A stretch of DNA of 42,776 bases. It comes from Limisphaerales bacterium (lineage in GTDB: Bacteria; Verrucomicrobiota; Verrucomicrobiia; Limisphaerales; SIBE01). The DNA lies in assembly GCA_044225505.1 (NCBI GenBank), contig JBGAIN010000011.1, forward strand, positions 62,001-104,776, read 5' to 3'. The translations under genes and the position numbers were made by a program. This document shows positions 28,275 to 38,635 of this stretch, piece after piece (the first letter of the stretch is position 1; the number at the start of each line of letters is the position of its first letter). The notes beneath the pieces were generated by a model. That model searched no databases, was not told where the DNA came from, and was given only the letters and a program-made list of their open reading frames with translations.

Positions 28275-29636
28275 CTATTCGACCCCGGCGATTTTAAAGA
28301 CGTGCGCGTGTGGCGTAGGCACCTGGTCAATCGAGAGGGGCGGCACTTCAATTTTCAGCCGTCCGTCTTGCGACGACCATGGCAGAGGCTCTGTCCGGCC
28401 GAGGAGCGTGACCCGTGTGTCTGGAGTTGTTTTTGGTGCCGTCAGGACCAGTTCTCGGTCCGGCCAATCGTAGCAGATGGCGTAAAGGTCACGACCTTTC
28501 GCAGTGTAGCGGATCGACTTGCCTTCGGCCGTCTGCCGCCAGGCCCGGGTACCATAGATCGCTTCCGCGTTGACCTTGAGCCAGTCCCCCATTTCGATCA
28601 AACGTTGCTGCATTATCACGGGAATGCGTCCATCGCCCGTCGGGCCGATATCCAGCAGGAGATTGCCACCTTGGGCGGTCATATCCACCAGCAATCGGAT
28701 CAAGTCCTTGCCCGGTCGATAGTCGTCGATGTTTTCATTGCGGTTGTATCCAAACGATCGCCCAATCCCGCGATTCTCTTCCCAAGCATGCTTTTCCTGC
28801 GGCACGTCCTTGCCTTGTCCCACGTGGACTTCGCCATATTCCGTTGTGTAATAACCGCCATGCTTCCCACGCGTTTCTTTTCCCCAACGATCATTGACAA
28901 CGACGTCGTCGCGGCAGTTGGACTCGTTGAATAGCCACGCGAGCAGTTCGGGGCTCCTCCAGGTCGCACTCGGATGCTCCCACTCTCCGTCAGCAAAGAT
29001 TAAAGATGGCTGATAGCGATTCACGAGGTCTTTGAACTGCGGAAAGAAATGCTCCTGGACGAAGCGGTTAACGTCGGATTTGTAGACCGGATTAAACCAT
29101 TCGTAGAGGGAATAGTAAAAGCCCATCTTCAATCCTCGTTGCCGCACCGCTTGGGTGAGTTCGCCGCAAAGATCACGGTGCGGCCCGACGTCGACGCTGT
29201 TCCAGTTCCAGCTCTGCGCATTGGGCCAGAGGCAGAATCCTTCATGATGCTTAGATGTCAGAACGACGTACTTTGCTCCGGAACGTGCCAAGATGTCCGC
29301 CCACTCGGTCGGTTGAAAGAGTTCGGCCCTAAACTGCCCGGCAAAATCCTGGTATTTGGCTTTTTCCCCGTAGGTTCGGGCGTGGAATTTCCAGGTGGCC
29401 TTGTTCGTGTCTTGCATGTCGTGCCAATACCACTCTGCGTAGGTTCCCTTGGGCCCCCACGCGGGCACCGAATAGACGCCCCAGTGAATGAATATTCCGA
29501 ATTTAGCATCTTCAAACCATGCGGGATTAGGCCGCTTGTCGATCGATTCCCAGGTTGCTTGGTACGGTTGTCCATTCACCGGCGCGGGTCCGTGAATGGC
29601 CAGGAAGAGGAGCAGAGCGAAGAGCGTAGTTTTCAT
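28275..29636 (-). CDS. Alpha-L-fucosidase (GH29)
   Basis: Signal peptide; AKFGIFIHWGVYSVP, LTSKHHEGF, VVNDRWG and GGNLLLDIGP motifs. Confidence 0.93.
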   Translation of the reverse strand: MKTTLFALLLFLAIHGPAPVNGQPYQATWESIDKRPNPAWFEDAKFGIFIHWGVYSVPAWGPKGTYAEWYWHDMQDTNKATWKFHARTYGEKAKYQDFAGQFRAELFQPTEWADILARSGAKYVVLTSKHHEGFCLWPNAQSWNWNSVDVGPHRDLCGELTQAVRQRGLKMGFYYSLYEWFNPVYKSDVNRFVQEHFFPQFKDLVNRYQPSLIFADGEWEHPSATWRSPELLAWLFNESNCRDDVVVNDRWGKETRGKHGGYYTTEYGEVHVGQGKDVPQEKHAWEENRGIGRSFGYNRNENIDDYRPGKDLIRLLVDMTAQGGNLLLDIGPTGDGRIPVIMQQRLIEMGDWLKVNAEAIYGTRAWRQTAEGKSIRYTAKGRDLYAICYDWPDRELVLTAPKTTPDTRVTLLGRTEPLPWSSQDGRLKIEVPPLSIDQVPTPHAHVFKIAGVE

Positions 29637-29779
29637 TTGGATCACGTCGGCTGTGCGCGGGAAGCGTAAGTCACCGGCCATTTCCGTCAATGAATTAGCG
29701 AAATTATGGATTCCCCACCCGATGCGCATGCCGTTTTCAGTCTTGAATAGAAAACAGGGCACTGTAGATAGTTACGGGC

Positions 29780-31186
29780 ATGAACACAGCCCCTCTTCGC
29801 AGTCCTGATCCATCGCTTGGAACCACGGCTTCTCCCGGAGCCTCATCCCAGCTTCCGGATTACCTTCGGAGTGCTACCCCTAACCCGAGATCCAACCGTG
29901 CTCCTTGGTACAAGAATACCGCACCGACCTATGCGGGTATCTTTCTTTGGTTTGTGTTTTGGGACTCCATGTCGGCCAATGGATTGTCCGTCGGCGGCCT
30001 CATGCCGACCTTGCTCGGCATCGTGGTCGGAGCGCTGATCTGCCACTTTTTGTTCTATATTGTTCCCGGGAATTTGGGGATGCAAACGGGCTTGCCTCTG
30101 TACATCGTCGGGGCGTCAACGTTCGGAGCAGCTGGCAGTTTGATCATGCCTGGGTTTTTCATGGGCATCCTGCAGTTCGGCTGGCTGGGCGTAAACATCT
30201 GGGGTTCATCACACGCGTTAGCCAACGGCTTTAACGCTCCGAACTTGTATATGCCATTATGCATTCTGTGGGGCGTGGCAGCGGCGTTTGTTGGACTCAA
30301 AGGAATCCAGTATGTGGCCAAGGTTGCGACCTACCTGCCGCTGATTCCCTTGGTTGTGCTGGTGATTGGCTTGGTCAAGTTCGGGCCTTCGGCCGGAAGT
30401 TACGTCCCGCCGGCTGCTGAGGCTGGTGCCGCGAGCGGCCCTCTCACCGCCTTTCTTTTGATGGTCGCTGCGATTGTGGGATTCTTCGCCACGGCCGGCG
30501 CGGCGGGTGTGGATATTTGCAGTAACAATCGTGACAAAGGCGATGTGAGCATGGGCGGTTGGGTCGGAGTTGTCATCGCGATCGTTTTCACGGCGGGGAT
30601 CTCGGTTTTGGCGGTTGCTGGCGCTCGTGCCACGGGCGTGCTTTCGCCAACGGAAGTCAACATGACCGATGCGTTGCGGAAGACGTTCTCCTCCGGGACG
30701 TATGGCGCCATCATGATCGGGCTCACCATCGCGTCGTTCCCGGGCGCTTGCTTCTCCTCGTTTATCGCCGCTAACAGTTTCAAAACCGTTATGCCCAAGG
30801 TCAATCCGTTCGTCTCGGTTGGCATCGGCACGATTATCAGCATCATTCTGGCGGTGACCAATGCCGCGGGCCAATTGCCCAGTGTCTTCGGTTTGATTGG
30901 CGCTTCGTTTGGACCGATCGTCGGCGCCATGGTCGTCGATTATGTGTTGTCCGGTGGCAAGTGGTCCGGGCCTCGGGCTGGCTTGAATATGGCTGGCTGG
31001 ATCGCCTGGGCGCTCGGGTTCATCGTGGGAATCCTCCCCAATGGACTGTTGCCTGCCTCGATGCGGGTCAATATTCCGTGCGCGCCTGTCGCAGCGTTCA
31101 TTGTAGGCGCCGCGGTTTACTTCATTTGCGCCCAGATTGGTTTGAGATCTCCCGTGGTTCCGTTTGATAAGACGGCCAAAGCCTAA
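29780..31186 (+). CDS. NCS1 / cytosine-permease-like transporter
   Basis: About 12 TMs; GMQTGLP..STFG, QFGWLGVN and GPIVGAMVVDY motifs (CodB-like). Confidence 0.8.
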   Translation: MNTAPLRSPDPSLGTTASPGASSQLPDYLRSATPNPRSNRAPWYKNTAPTYAGIFLWFVFWDSMSANGLSVGGLMPTLLGIVVGALICHFLFYIVPGNLGMQTGLPLYIVGASTFGAAGSLIMPGFFMGILQFGWLGVNIWGSSHALANGFNAPNLYMPLCILWGVAAAFVGLKGIQYVAKVATYLPLIPLVVLVIGLVKFGPSAGSYVPPAAEAGAASGPLTAFLLMVAAIVGFFATAGAAGVDICSNNRDKGDVSMGGWVGVVIAIVFTAGISVLAVAGARATGVLSPTEVNMTDALRKTFSSGTYGAIMIGLTIASFPGACFSSFIAANSFKTVMPKVNPFVSVGIGTIISIILAVTNAAGQLPSVFGLIGASFGPIVGAMVVDYVLSGGKWSGPRAGLNMAGWIAWALGFIVGILPNGLLPASMRVNIPCAPVAAFIVGAAVYFICAQIGLRSPVVPFDKTAKA

Positions 31187-31209
31187 CCAATCCGATCCGC
31201 ATTTTAGTG

Positions 31210-31250
31210 AGCCCACCCAGCAGGGTCAGTGGCTGGGTGGGCTTTGTTTT
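31210..31250 (+). terminator. Intrinsic terminator after the permease
   Basis: AGCCCACCCAGC-N10-GCTGGGTGGGCT followed by TTGTTTT. Confidence 0.75.
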
Positions 31251-31282
31251 CAGAACGATTTTGCTCAATGAAGGAGAATCCA

Positions 31283-32245
31283 ATGCAGACTCAAACACTT
31301 TCGATCAATCGGCGACAAATGCTCGTTCGCTCGACCGCCCTGACGGTTGCGGGTGCCGCCGCTTTACTAAATTCGAGCCCAGCGAATGCCGCGGAGAGTC
31401 GTGGCAAAGCGGTCCGCCATGGCCATATCAACCAATCCATTGCCCAATGGTGTTTTGAACTGTTCGGAGGCAAATGGCCACTGGACAAAACTTGCCAAGT
31501 CGCGCGTGAACTTGGGTGCAAGAGCGTGGAACTGCTCACGGCAGAATTCCTCCCGACAGTAAAGAAGGCCGGACTCACCTGTGCGATGGTCCAGATCAAT
31601 ACCAATCCCGACCCGCCGTTTCTCAAAGGGTTTAATAACCCGGCCCATTGGTCCATGGTGGTCAAAGCTACCCAAGATGCGATCGACGCGGCGGCCCAGT
31701 TCGGGATGCCCAACGTGATTTGTTTCACAGGCTATTCGGCGCGCGATGTTGCCAATCCGAAAGGCGAACAGATCCCCCGTGACGAAGGAGCCAAGAACTG
31801 CGTGGAAGGCTTGAAAAAGGTCATTGGCTATGCCGAGAAAAAGAATGTGACCCTTTGCATGGAGATGCTCAACAGCCGTGAGGATTCACACCCGATGAAA
31901 GGACATCCTGGCTATCAAGGGGATCACACGGACTACTGCATCGACATTATCAAAGCGGTCGGATCAAACCGGCTGAAATTGCTGTTCGACGTCTATCACG
32001 TGCAAATCATGGACGGCGATATCATTCGCCGCATCCATCAATGCAAAGATTACATCGGTCATGTCCATGTGGCGGGCAATCCAGGCCGCGGCGAGTTGGA
32101 CGACAAACAGGAAATCAATTACCCACCCGTCATGAAAGCGTTGTTGGACGTGGGCTACCAAGGGTTTGTCGGTCAGGAGTTCATCCCCAATCGCGATCCG
32201 TCCCAAGGGCTCCAGCAAGCCGTGCGGTTGTGTGACGTCGCCTGA
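31283..32245 (+). CDS. Tat-exported hydroxypyruvate-isomerase-like (AP_endonuc_2) TIM-barrel protein
   Basis: AAGGAG Shine-Dalgarno; NRRQML twin-arginine motif; EMLNS, LLFDVYHVQIMDGD, HVAGNPGR and GQEF motifs. Confidence 0.85.
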   Translation: MQTQTLSINRRQMLVRSTALTVAGAAALLNSSPANAAESRGKAVRHGHINQSIAQWCFELFGGKWPLDKTCQVARELGCKSVELLTAEFLPTVKKAGLTCAMVQINTNPDPPFLKGFNNPAHWSMVVKATQDAIDAAAQFGMPNVICFTGYSARDVANPKGEQIPRDEGAKNCVEGLKKVIGYAEKKNVTLCMEMLNSREDSHPMKGHPGYQGDHTDYCIDIIKAVGSNRLKLLFDVYHVQIMDGDIIRRIHQCKDYIGHVHVAGNPGRGELDDKQEINYPPVMKALLDVGYQGFVGQEFIPNRDPSQGLQQAVRLCDVA

Positions 32246-32276
32246 TTCGCGCCAGGCATCTCTTAGAACTGAATTT

Positions 32277-32308
32277 AGGCCAGGTCCCGCGTCAAGCGGG
32301 GCTGGCCT
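32277..32308. terminator. Hairpin between convergent TIM-barrel gene and dnaE
   Basis: AGGCCAG-GT-CCCGC-GTCAA-GCGGG-G-CTGGCCT. Confidence 0.5.
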
Positions 32309-35300
32309 TATTCATCTGATCCGTTCGCGTCTGATTTACGTTCCCAGCGGCGGGGCGTTCGCTCGGGCAGAGCTGTGTCCACTTTAGCGTAGTAAGTGTC
32401 CGCCACGCAAAGTTCATCGGCGGCCTTTTCAAACGGCAAGGATGGGTTGACCGAGAAACGCTCGTGCGCCTCGATAAAGACCACCTCTCCTCCAGGGTAA
32501 CGGCAGCACAAGAACAACGGGCATTTCCCCGGATGCGCGCGCGTCAGTTCGCCGAGGGTTTGTAAGCGGTCCGGGGTCAGAGCCGACATGTTCAAACGCA
32601 GATGCACCTGTTTGGTGAATTTCCGCGGCGCGTCTTCCAACGGCATGAGCTCTTGCGGAAAAATCTTCGGTTTGTCTTCACCGTTGTTGATCTCGCCGAC
32701 GACCAGGACGGCCTTATTAGGTACGAGAAGTTCTCGAAACTTTTCGTAGTTCTCGTTCATAAACAGCATTTGGACTGTCCCCACGAGGTCTTCGAGCGTC
32801 ACTAACGCATACGGTTTATTGGTCTTCTTCGAAATCCCTTGCTGCACCGCTGTGATCATGCCCCCGATCCGGGTCAAAGCGCGGTTTTCCACCTGAGCGG
32901 CAGTACTTGTGTTTGAGAGGGAGTATTTCTCCAGAAGACTGGTGTACGGGGTCAACGGATGGCCTGTCACGTAGAAGCCCAACAATTCCTTCTCCGCTGC
33001 CAGCATTTCGCTTTGCGGCCATTCAGGGAGTTTTGGGCCGCTTGTGTCCGGAGGATTTTTGGCATTTTCCTCAAATACCCCAAACAGCGAGGCCTGCCCA
33101 CGTTGTCGGTCGTGCGCGAGGCTGGCCGCGCGTGACAGGGTATGGTCGATTTGGGAAAACAGGGTGGCCCGAGTCTCGCCAAAAGCGTCGCAGGCGCCAC
33201 TCTTGATAAGAGCTTCCAGAACTTTGCGGTTCACCGTCCGGCCGTCAACTCGTTGGCAGAGATCGGCGAGGGACTTGAATTTTCCGCCTTCCTCCCGCGC
33301 TTTGAGAATACTCTCGACGGCTACTTCGCCAACGCCCTTGATGGCCGCCAATCCAAACCGAATCACCGTGCCATTGCGAGCTGGCGCGAAGGCCACCTGA
33401 CTTTCATTCACGTCCGGTGGCAGCACTTCGATGCCGAACGTCCGAGCCTCATGAATCAGAATGCTGACTTTTGCGGTATCGCCCATGTCGTTCGTCAGCA
33501 TGGCGCTGAGGAACTCGACGGGGTAATTGGCCTTTAGGTAAGCGGTCTGATAGGCCACGATCGCGTAGGCCGCAGCATGCGACTTGTTGAAACCGTAACC
33601 GGCGAATTTCTCCAACAAATCGAAGATCTGATTGGCCTTGGCCGCTGGGATATTGTTGGTTTTGGCGCAGCCTTTGACGAACGTATCTCGCTGCTTGGCC
33701 ATTTCTTCCGGTTTCTTTTTTCCCATGGCGCGGCGCAAAAGATCGGCGCCACCCAGAGTGTAGCCCGCAAGCGCTTGGGCCGCTTGCATGACCTGTTCCT
33801 GGTAAACCATGATGCCGTAGGTTTCGCGGCAGATCGGTTCGAGCAGGGGATGCTCATACTCAATGCGCACTTCCCCATGGCGGCGGCTGATGAATTCCGG
33901 GATCAGTTCCATGGGCCCCGGCCGGTAAAGAGCGATCAGCGCCGTGATATGTTCCACCGAACTGATTTGGAACTTTCGACACAGGTCGCGCATGCCGCCG
34001 GATTCCAACTGGAAGATGCCTACCGTGAGCGCTTTGTTGAGAAGTTCATAGGTGCGGGCGTCTTCTAACGGCAATTGATCGATGGGGATCTCCGCCCCTT
34101 TGCCCGCCTTCACCAACTCGCACGTGTTGCGAATGACGGTCAGAGTCTTGAGCCCGAGGAAATCCATCTTGAGCAAACCCAAATCGCCCACTGGGCCCAT
34201 CGCGTACTGGGTAACAATCGTCCCTTCTTCGTCTCGTTTGAGGGGCAGTAAATTATCGAGCGGTTGATCGCCAATCACGACTCCGGCGGCGTGCACCGAG
34301 GCGTTCCGCGTCAGGTCTTCCAACACGAAGGCGGTGTCGACCAATTCGCGCGTGGCTTCTTCGGAATCGTAGGCCGTCTTGAGATCCGGCGATTGCTTCA
34401 GGGCTTTCTCAAGGCTCATCTTGAGCTCGTTCGGCACCATTTTAGCCAGTCGGTCGCATTCCGAATAACTCAAGCCCATCACTCGACCCACATCCCGCAA
34501 AACAGACTTCGCGCCCATGGTGCCAAACGTGACGATTTGGGCGACGGAAGTGCGCCCGTACTTTTCCCGCACGTATTCGATCACGTCCGCGCGGCGGTCG
34601 TCGGCAAAGTCGATGTCAATATCGGGAGGGTTGACGCGTTCCGGATTCAGGAATCGTTCGAAGAGTAAGGCGTAGCGGATGGGATCGACGTTCGAAATCT
34701 CCAAAAGGTAAGTGACAATGGAACCGGCTGCGGAACCACGAGCCACGCATGAAACCCCTTTGCTTCGGCCGTAACGAACGAAGTCGCCGACGATTAGGAA
34801 GTAACTGATAAACCCAGTTTTCTCGATGACCTTAAGCTCGAGTTGCAGTCGGTCAATTACCGCTTGGATCGCGGCCTCGACCGAAATCGTTGTCGTTTCT
34901 GGGGCATCCCGACTCGCATCCTGATCGGCCTCGCTCCGCTTGCCATACGTTGGCAACCGCGTGGGATCATCGATTCCCTCCACGATAAATTCGCTGCCCT
35001 CGGCGCGCACTCGCAGGCTGTATCGCGTGTAAAGGCCTTCCGCCAGGAGTTTGCGCAGGTATCCCTCCCGCGTGTAATGCTCCGGCGGGGTAAACGCAGG
35101 ATAATGCAGTTTGCCAAATTCGATTTGCAGGTTGCACTGTTCGGCCACCTGCACGGTGTTAAGCACTGCCTCGGGCACCTCTCGGAAGAGCGCCTTCATC
35201 TCATCTGCAGACCGTAGATAAAACTGCTCTGGGACGTAGCGCATCCGTTTGCTGTCTTCAAGCAGGCTTTGGGTGCCGATGCAAATGAGGCAGTCATGCG

Positions 35301-35961
35301 CGTGCGAGTGTTCCCGTTCGACGTAATGGACGTCATTGGTGGCGACTAGCTTTAAGCCAAACTCTTTCGCCCACGGGATGAGCTGGCGATTGACCTTGGC
35401 TTGCTCACCAATGCCATGATTTTGTAGCTCGAGATAAAAGTTCTCAGCTCCGAAGACCTGCTTGAACCAATCGACGGATTGGCGGGCTTGCTGGAGTTCG
35501 TCCTTCTGAATGAGTTCCGGGATTTCGCTGGCGAGGCATCCTGACAGGGCGATCAACCCGCCTTTGCACGCGGCGAGGATCTCTTTGTCGATGCGCGGTT
35601 TATAATAGTAACCGTCCAGATGGGCCGAGGTCACCAACTTGATCAGATTCCGATAGCCCTCCTCATTTTTCGCCAGCAAAACCAAGTGATTATAGACATC
35701 GCGTCCGTTCGCCGAGCTCTTCTTTTCCAATCGGCTGCCGGGCGCGATGTAAACTTCACAACCAATGATCGGTTTCAGCCCTTTGCTCCGCACGGCTTGA
35801 TAAAAATCAACCGCACCGTAAAGCACCCCATGGTCGGTAATCGCCAGCGCAGAGAACTGCAGCTCACTCGCTTTGTCCACCAGCCGGTCCAACCGGCATG
35901 CTCCATCGAGCAGTGAATACTCGGTGTGAAGATGAAGGTGAACAAAATCCGCATTCGACAT
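32308..35961 (-). CDS. dnaE: DNA polymerase III alpha subunit
   Basis: PHP motif [47 protein letters not shown] domain. Confidence 0.98.
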   Translation of the reverse strand: MSNADFVHLHLHTEYSLLDGACRLDRLVDKASELQFSALAITDHGVLYGAVDFYQAVRSKGLKPIIGCEVYIAPGSRLEKKSSANGRDVYNHLVLLAKNEEGYRNLIKLVTSAHLDGYYYKPRIDKEILAACKGGLIALSGCLASEIPELIQKDELQQARQSVDWFKQVFGAENFYLELQNHGIGEQAKVNRQLIPWAKEFGLKLVATNDVHYVEREHSHAHDCLICIGTQSLLEDSKRMRYVPEQFYLRSADEMKALFREVPEAVLNTVQVAEQCNLQIEFGKLHYPAFTPPEHYTREGYLRKLLAEGLYTRYSLRVRAEGSEFIVEGIDDPTRLPTYGKRSEADQDASRDAPETTTISVEAAIQAVIDRLQLELKVIEKTGFISYFLIVGDFVRYGRSKGVSCVARGSAAGSIVTYLLEISNVDPIRYALLFERFLNPERVNPPDIDIDFADDRRADVIEYVREKYGRTSVAQIVTFGTMGAKSVLRDVGRVMGLSYSECDRLAKMVPNELKMSLEKALKQSPDLKTAYDSEEATRELVDTAFVLEDLTRNASVHAAGVVIGDQPLDNLLPLKRDEEGTIVTQYAMGPVGDLGLLKMDFLGLKTLTVIRNTCELVKAGKGAEIPIDQLPLEDARTYELLNKALTVGIFQLESGGMRDLCRKFQISSVEHITALIALYRPGPMELIPEFISRRHGEVRIEYEHPLLEPICRETYGIMVYQEQVMQAAQALAGYTLGGADLLRRAMGKKKPEEMAKQRDTFVKGCAKTNNIPAAKANQIFDLLEKFAGYGFNKSHAAAYAIVAYQTAYLKANYPVEFLSAMLTNDMGDTAKVSILIHEARTFGIEVLPPDVNESQVAFAPARNGTVIRFGLAAIKGVGEVAVESILKAREEGGKFKSLADLCQRVDGRTVNRKVLEALIKSGACDAFGETRATLFSQIDHTLSRAASLAHDRQRGQASLFGVFEENAKNPPDTSGPKLPEWPQSEMLAAEKELLGFYVTGHPLTPYTSLLEKYSLSNTSTAAQVENRALTRIGGMITAVQQGISKKTNKPYALVTLEDLVGTVQMLFMNENYEKFRELLVPNKAVLVVGEINNGEDKPKIFPQELMPLEDAPRKFTKQVHLRLNMSALTPDRLQTLGELTRAHPGKCPLFLCCRYPGGEVVFIEAHERFSVNPSLPFEKAADELCVADTYYAKVDTALPERTPRRWERKSDANGSDE

Positions 35962-36162
35962 AGCGAGAATCTACCGTGCGCGATCGTACCCGCGCAAGAG
36001 AAGAGACCGAGCGAGCGCCTAAGACTTGTCCACAAGCGTTCTCGCCGTGCCGGGCTGACGTCCGTCTTCCTTTCGAGGAGTGCACCTGCCCCACACTCCC
36101 CATCCGTGCGCAAGATAAATAGAGTTCTTGGCCGCGCGCACGGGCGGGGGTAAACCTTGTCT

Positions 36163-37557
36163 ATGCACCTGACTTTTCCGCCGGATGCGCAAACGACTCG
36201 AGAGCTGACCCTTGTTCCATCGGCAAGCTCCATTCCTGGCGCGCAAGTCACGACTCGGCGTGGTTTCCTTCGAAGTATATCCTGGTTGGCAGGCGCATGC
36301 GCGGTGGCACCAAGCTTTGTCTCGGTGGCTGGGGAAGCCGCGCCAAGCAACCGCGTGGTCGTGGCAGTCATGGGAACGTCACGCAATAGCTCGGGGGGCG
36401 ACGGGCGCGGGACCGATCTGGCGGTGGGGTTGGCTTCGTTGCCCGGAGTAGAAGTGAGCTACATTTGCGATGTCGACGATCAGCACGCGGCCAAGGCGGT
36501 CGAGTCTGTCATGACTAAGGCCAAACCTACTCAGGCGCCCAAAGGCATTCGAGACTTTCGTCGTGTGCTTGAGGACAAAACGGTGGATGCACTCGTCATT
36601 GCCACACCTGACCATTGGCATGCTCCCGCAGGGATCCTGGGATGTCTCACCGGGAAGCATGTCTACGTTGAGAAACCGTGCTCCCACAATCCGCATGAGG
36701 GCGAGTTGCTCGTCATGGCAGCTCGTAAATATCGCCGTCTCGTCCAGCACGGCACCCAGCGTCGCAGTTGGCCCGCGCTTGGCGAAGCGGTCGCGCGGAT
36801 TCGCGCCGGAGATATTGGGCGAGTGCTCTTCGCCAAAGCTTGGTATTACGGACCGCGGCCGAGCATTGGCAAAGGCAAAGTGGTGCCCGTGCCTGCAGGG
36901 CTGGACTACGCTCTCTGGCAAGGGCCAGCGCCCGAACGTCCCTTCCAGGACAACTTGATCCCATATAATTGGCACTGGTTTTGGCATTACGGCACTGGCG
37001 AATTAGGGAACAATGCGGTGCATTACCTTGACGTCATCCGCTGGGCGCTCGGGCAGGAATACGCCACGCGCGTGACCGCTTCCGGCGGCAAATATCGTTT
37101 CCCGGAAGATGACCAAGAGACGCCGGACACCTTGGTCGCCAGTTTCGACTTGGGCACCAGCACTATCAGTTGGGAGCAACGAAGTTGGGCTCCGCACATG
37201 CCTCAAGATCCGAAATACGAAATGGCGTTTTACGGCGAGAAAGGAATGCTGACGATCGATGGTGGCTCTTATGCCATTTATGATCCCAAAGGGGAGGAGC
37301 TTGCCCGGCAGTCGGGCGAGGGTGGCAATCGCGCCCACCTGCAGAACTTCATCGATGCCATTCGCGATAAGAAACCGCTGAACGCGGAGATTGAAGATGG
37401 CTTTAAGAGCACGCTCCTCTGTCACTTAGGCAACATCGCTTACCGCACTGGCCGAACGATTATGTTCGATGGAGCCAATCGCAAAATCGTCGGAGACAAA
37501 GCAGCGGAGAAACTCTGGACGCGCGATTACCGGCGCGAGTGGCAACCGCGCATTTGA
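36163..37557 (+). CDS. Tat-exported Gfo/Idh/MocA-family oxidoreductase
   Basis: TRRGFL twin-arginine motif; ATPDHWH, HVYVEKP and HGTQRRS motifs. Confidence 0.9.
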   Translation: MHLTFPPDAQTTRELTLVPSASSIPGAQVTTRRGFLRSISWLAGACAVAPSFVSVAGEAAPSNRVVVAVMGTSRNSSGGDGRGTDLAVGLASLPGVEVSYICDVDDQHAAKAVESVMTKAKPTQAPKGIRDFRRVLEDKTVDALVIATPDHWHAPAGILGCLTGKHVYVEKPCSHNPHEGELLVMAARKYRRLVQHGTQRRSWPALGEAVARIRAGDIGRVLFAKAWYYGPRPSIGKGKVVPVPAGLDYALWQGPAPERPFQDNLIPYNWHWFWHYGTGELGNNAVHYLDVIRWALGQEYATRVTASGGKYRFPEDDQETPDTLVASFDLGTSTISWEQRSWAPHMPQDPKYEMAFYGEKGMLTIDGGSYAIYDPKGEELARQSGEGGNRAHLQNFIDAIRDKKPLNAEIEDGFKSTLLCHLGNIAYRTGRTIMFDGANRKIVGDKAAEKLWTRDYRREWQPRI

Positions 37558-37648
37558 GGCAGGTTCACCGTCTCCGGCCCTTCCGCCGTCCAAGTTTGGC
37601 CCGACGGCCGATTTGACGGACTTTGGCCGCGCTGGCGCGGGCTGACTG

Positions 37649-38530
37649 TCATCGGCCAGTCCAACGCCGCAACCGTTCGCGCAACGAGTCGAGATGAGAC
37701 ATCCGCTCTGCAATCTCTGGAAAATCGGCCTGAATCTGCTCGAGCGTTGGAACTTCACCCCATGCCGTGACGGTAAACACTTCAAAGACGTGGTCCGATC
37801 GGATTCCCACTTCCCGGTTCTGCCGTTCAAATCGAGCTCGCAACGTGGCGGACCATTCCGAGAGGTTAGCCGGAGCATCCATTTGATGACGTCCAACCCA
37901 GGGGAGCCATTCCATGAGCTGCGACTGGTGACAATACGTGAGTTGCGTAATCAGCGGGAAAGCCGATTCGACATCGAACGCCAGGTCGAACGCATTCGCT
38001 CCCGCCATGTAGCCATCGTAGACGTTCAAGATGACCGGTGTCTTGCGCAGTTCCGAACGCGTTTCATCGGCAGGATATTCCGGGGTGAAGGCGTGCGGCA
38101 CATTGATCATGTAGGCGACTTTGCGCACCGCTTCGGCGACCGCCACATGGTCAACGTGCACCCCCGCCAATGGATCCACCGGGATGGGAGGACAAAAAAG
38201 ATAGTCCGGTTCGAACTCACGGATAGATCGCCAGAGCGCCGCGAGCAATGGCACCGAGACTTGCAGACACGCTTCTCTGGGCACCGTCCCGTCGGGTAAT
38301 CGCAAAACTTCCAGCTCATAGCCTCCGAGCCGCGCCGAAGCTTCCTGCTCGGCAATTCGGCGCCCGTGGAGTTCGTCACGGGTTCGGAAATGATGCCCAG
38401 CCTTGCCGTCTGTGCATACGAGCACCCGCGCGCGCAATGCATCGCCCAGTCGCCGCTTGCAAAGCTCAAACGTGCCTGCGGCGACGAATTCGTAGTCGTC
38501 AAAGTGCGCGTGGACAGACAGGATCTTCAT
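37649..38530 (-). CDS. PIG-L/LmbE-family deacetylase
   Basis: MKILSVHAHFDDYEF, TDGKAG, HVDH and HQSQ motifs. Confidence 0.85.
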   Translation of the reverse strand: MKILSVHAHFDDYEFVAAGTFELCKRRLGDALRARVLVCTDGKAGHHFRTRDELHGRRIAEQEASARLGGYELEVLRLPDGTVPREACLQVSVPLLAALWRSIREFEPDYLFCPPIPVDPLAGVHVDHVAVAEAVRKVAYMINVPHAFTPEYPADETRSELRKTPVILNVYDGYMAGANAFDLAFDVESAFPLITQLTYCHQSQLMEWLPWVGRHQMDAPANLSEWSATLRARFERQNREVGIRSDHVFEVFTVTAWGEVPTLEQIQADFPEIAERMSHLDSLRERLRRWTGR

Positions 38531-38635
38531 AGTAGGGAGTTTCCGAAATTCGGGGAGCGGGGCAATACCATTCCGGTGCTTTGCTCTTGTGCGTCTCGTT
38601 CCATTTCCCCAGGCTCTCCCAGCGGACAGCGCAAC

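Noticed and set aside
34861..35019. Intein in DnaE
   Set aside because: Too short and lacks splice-junction residues.
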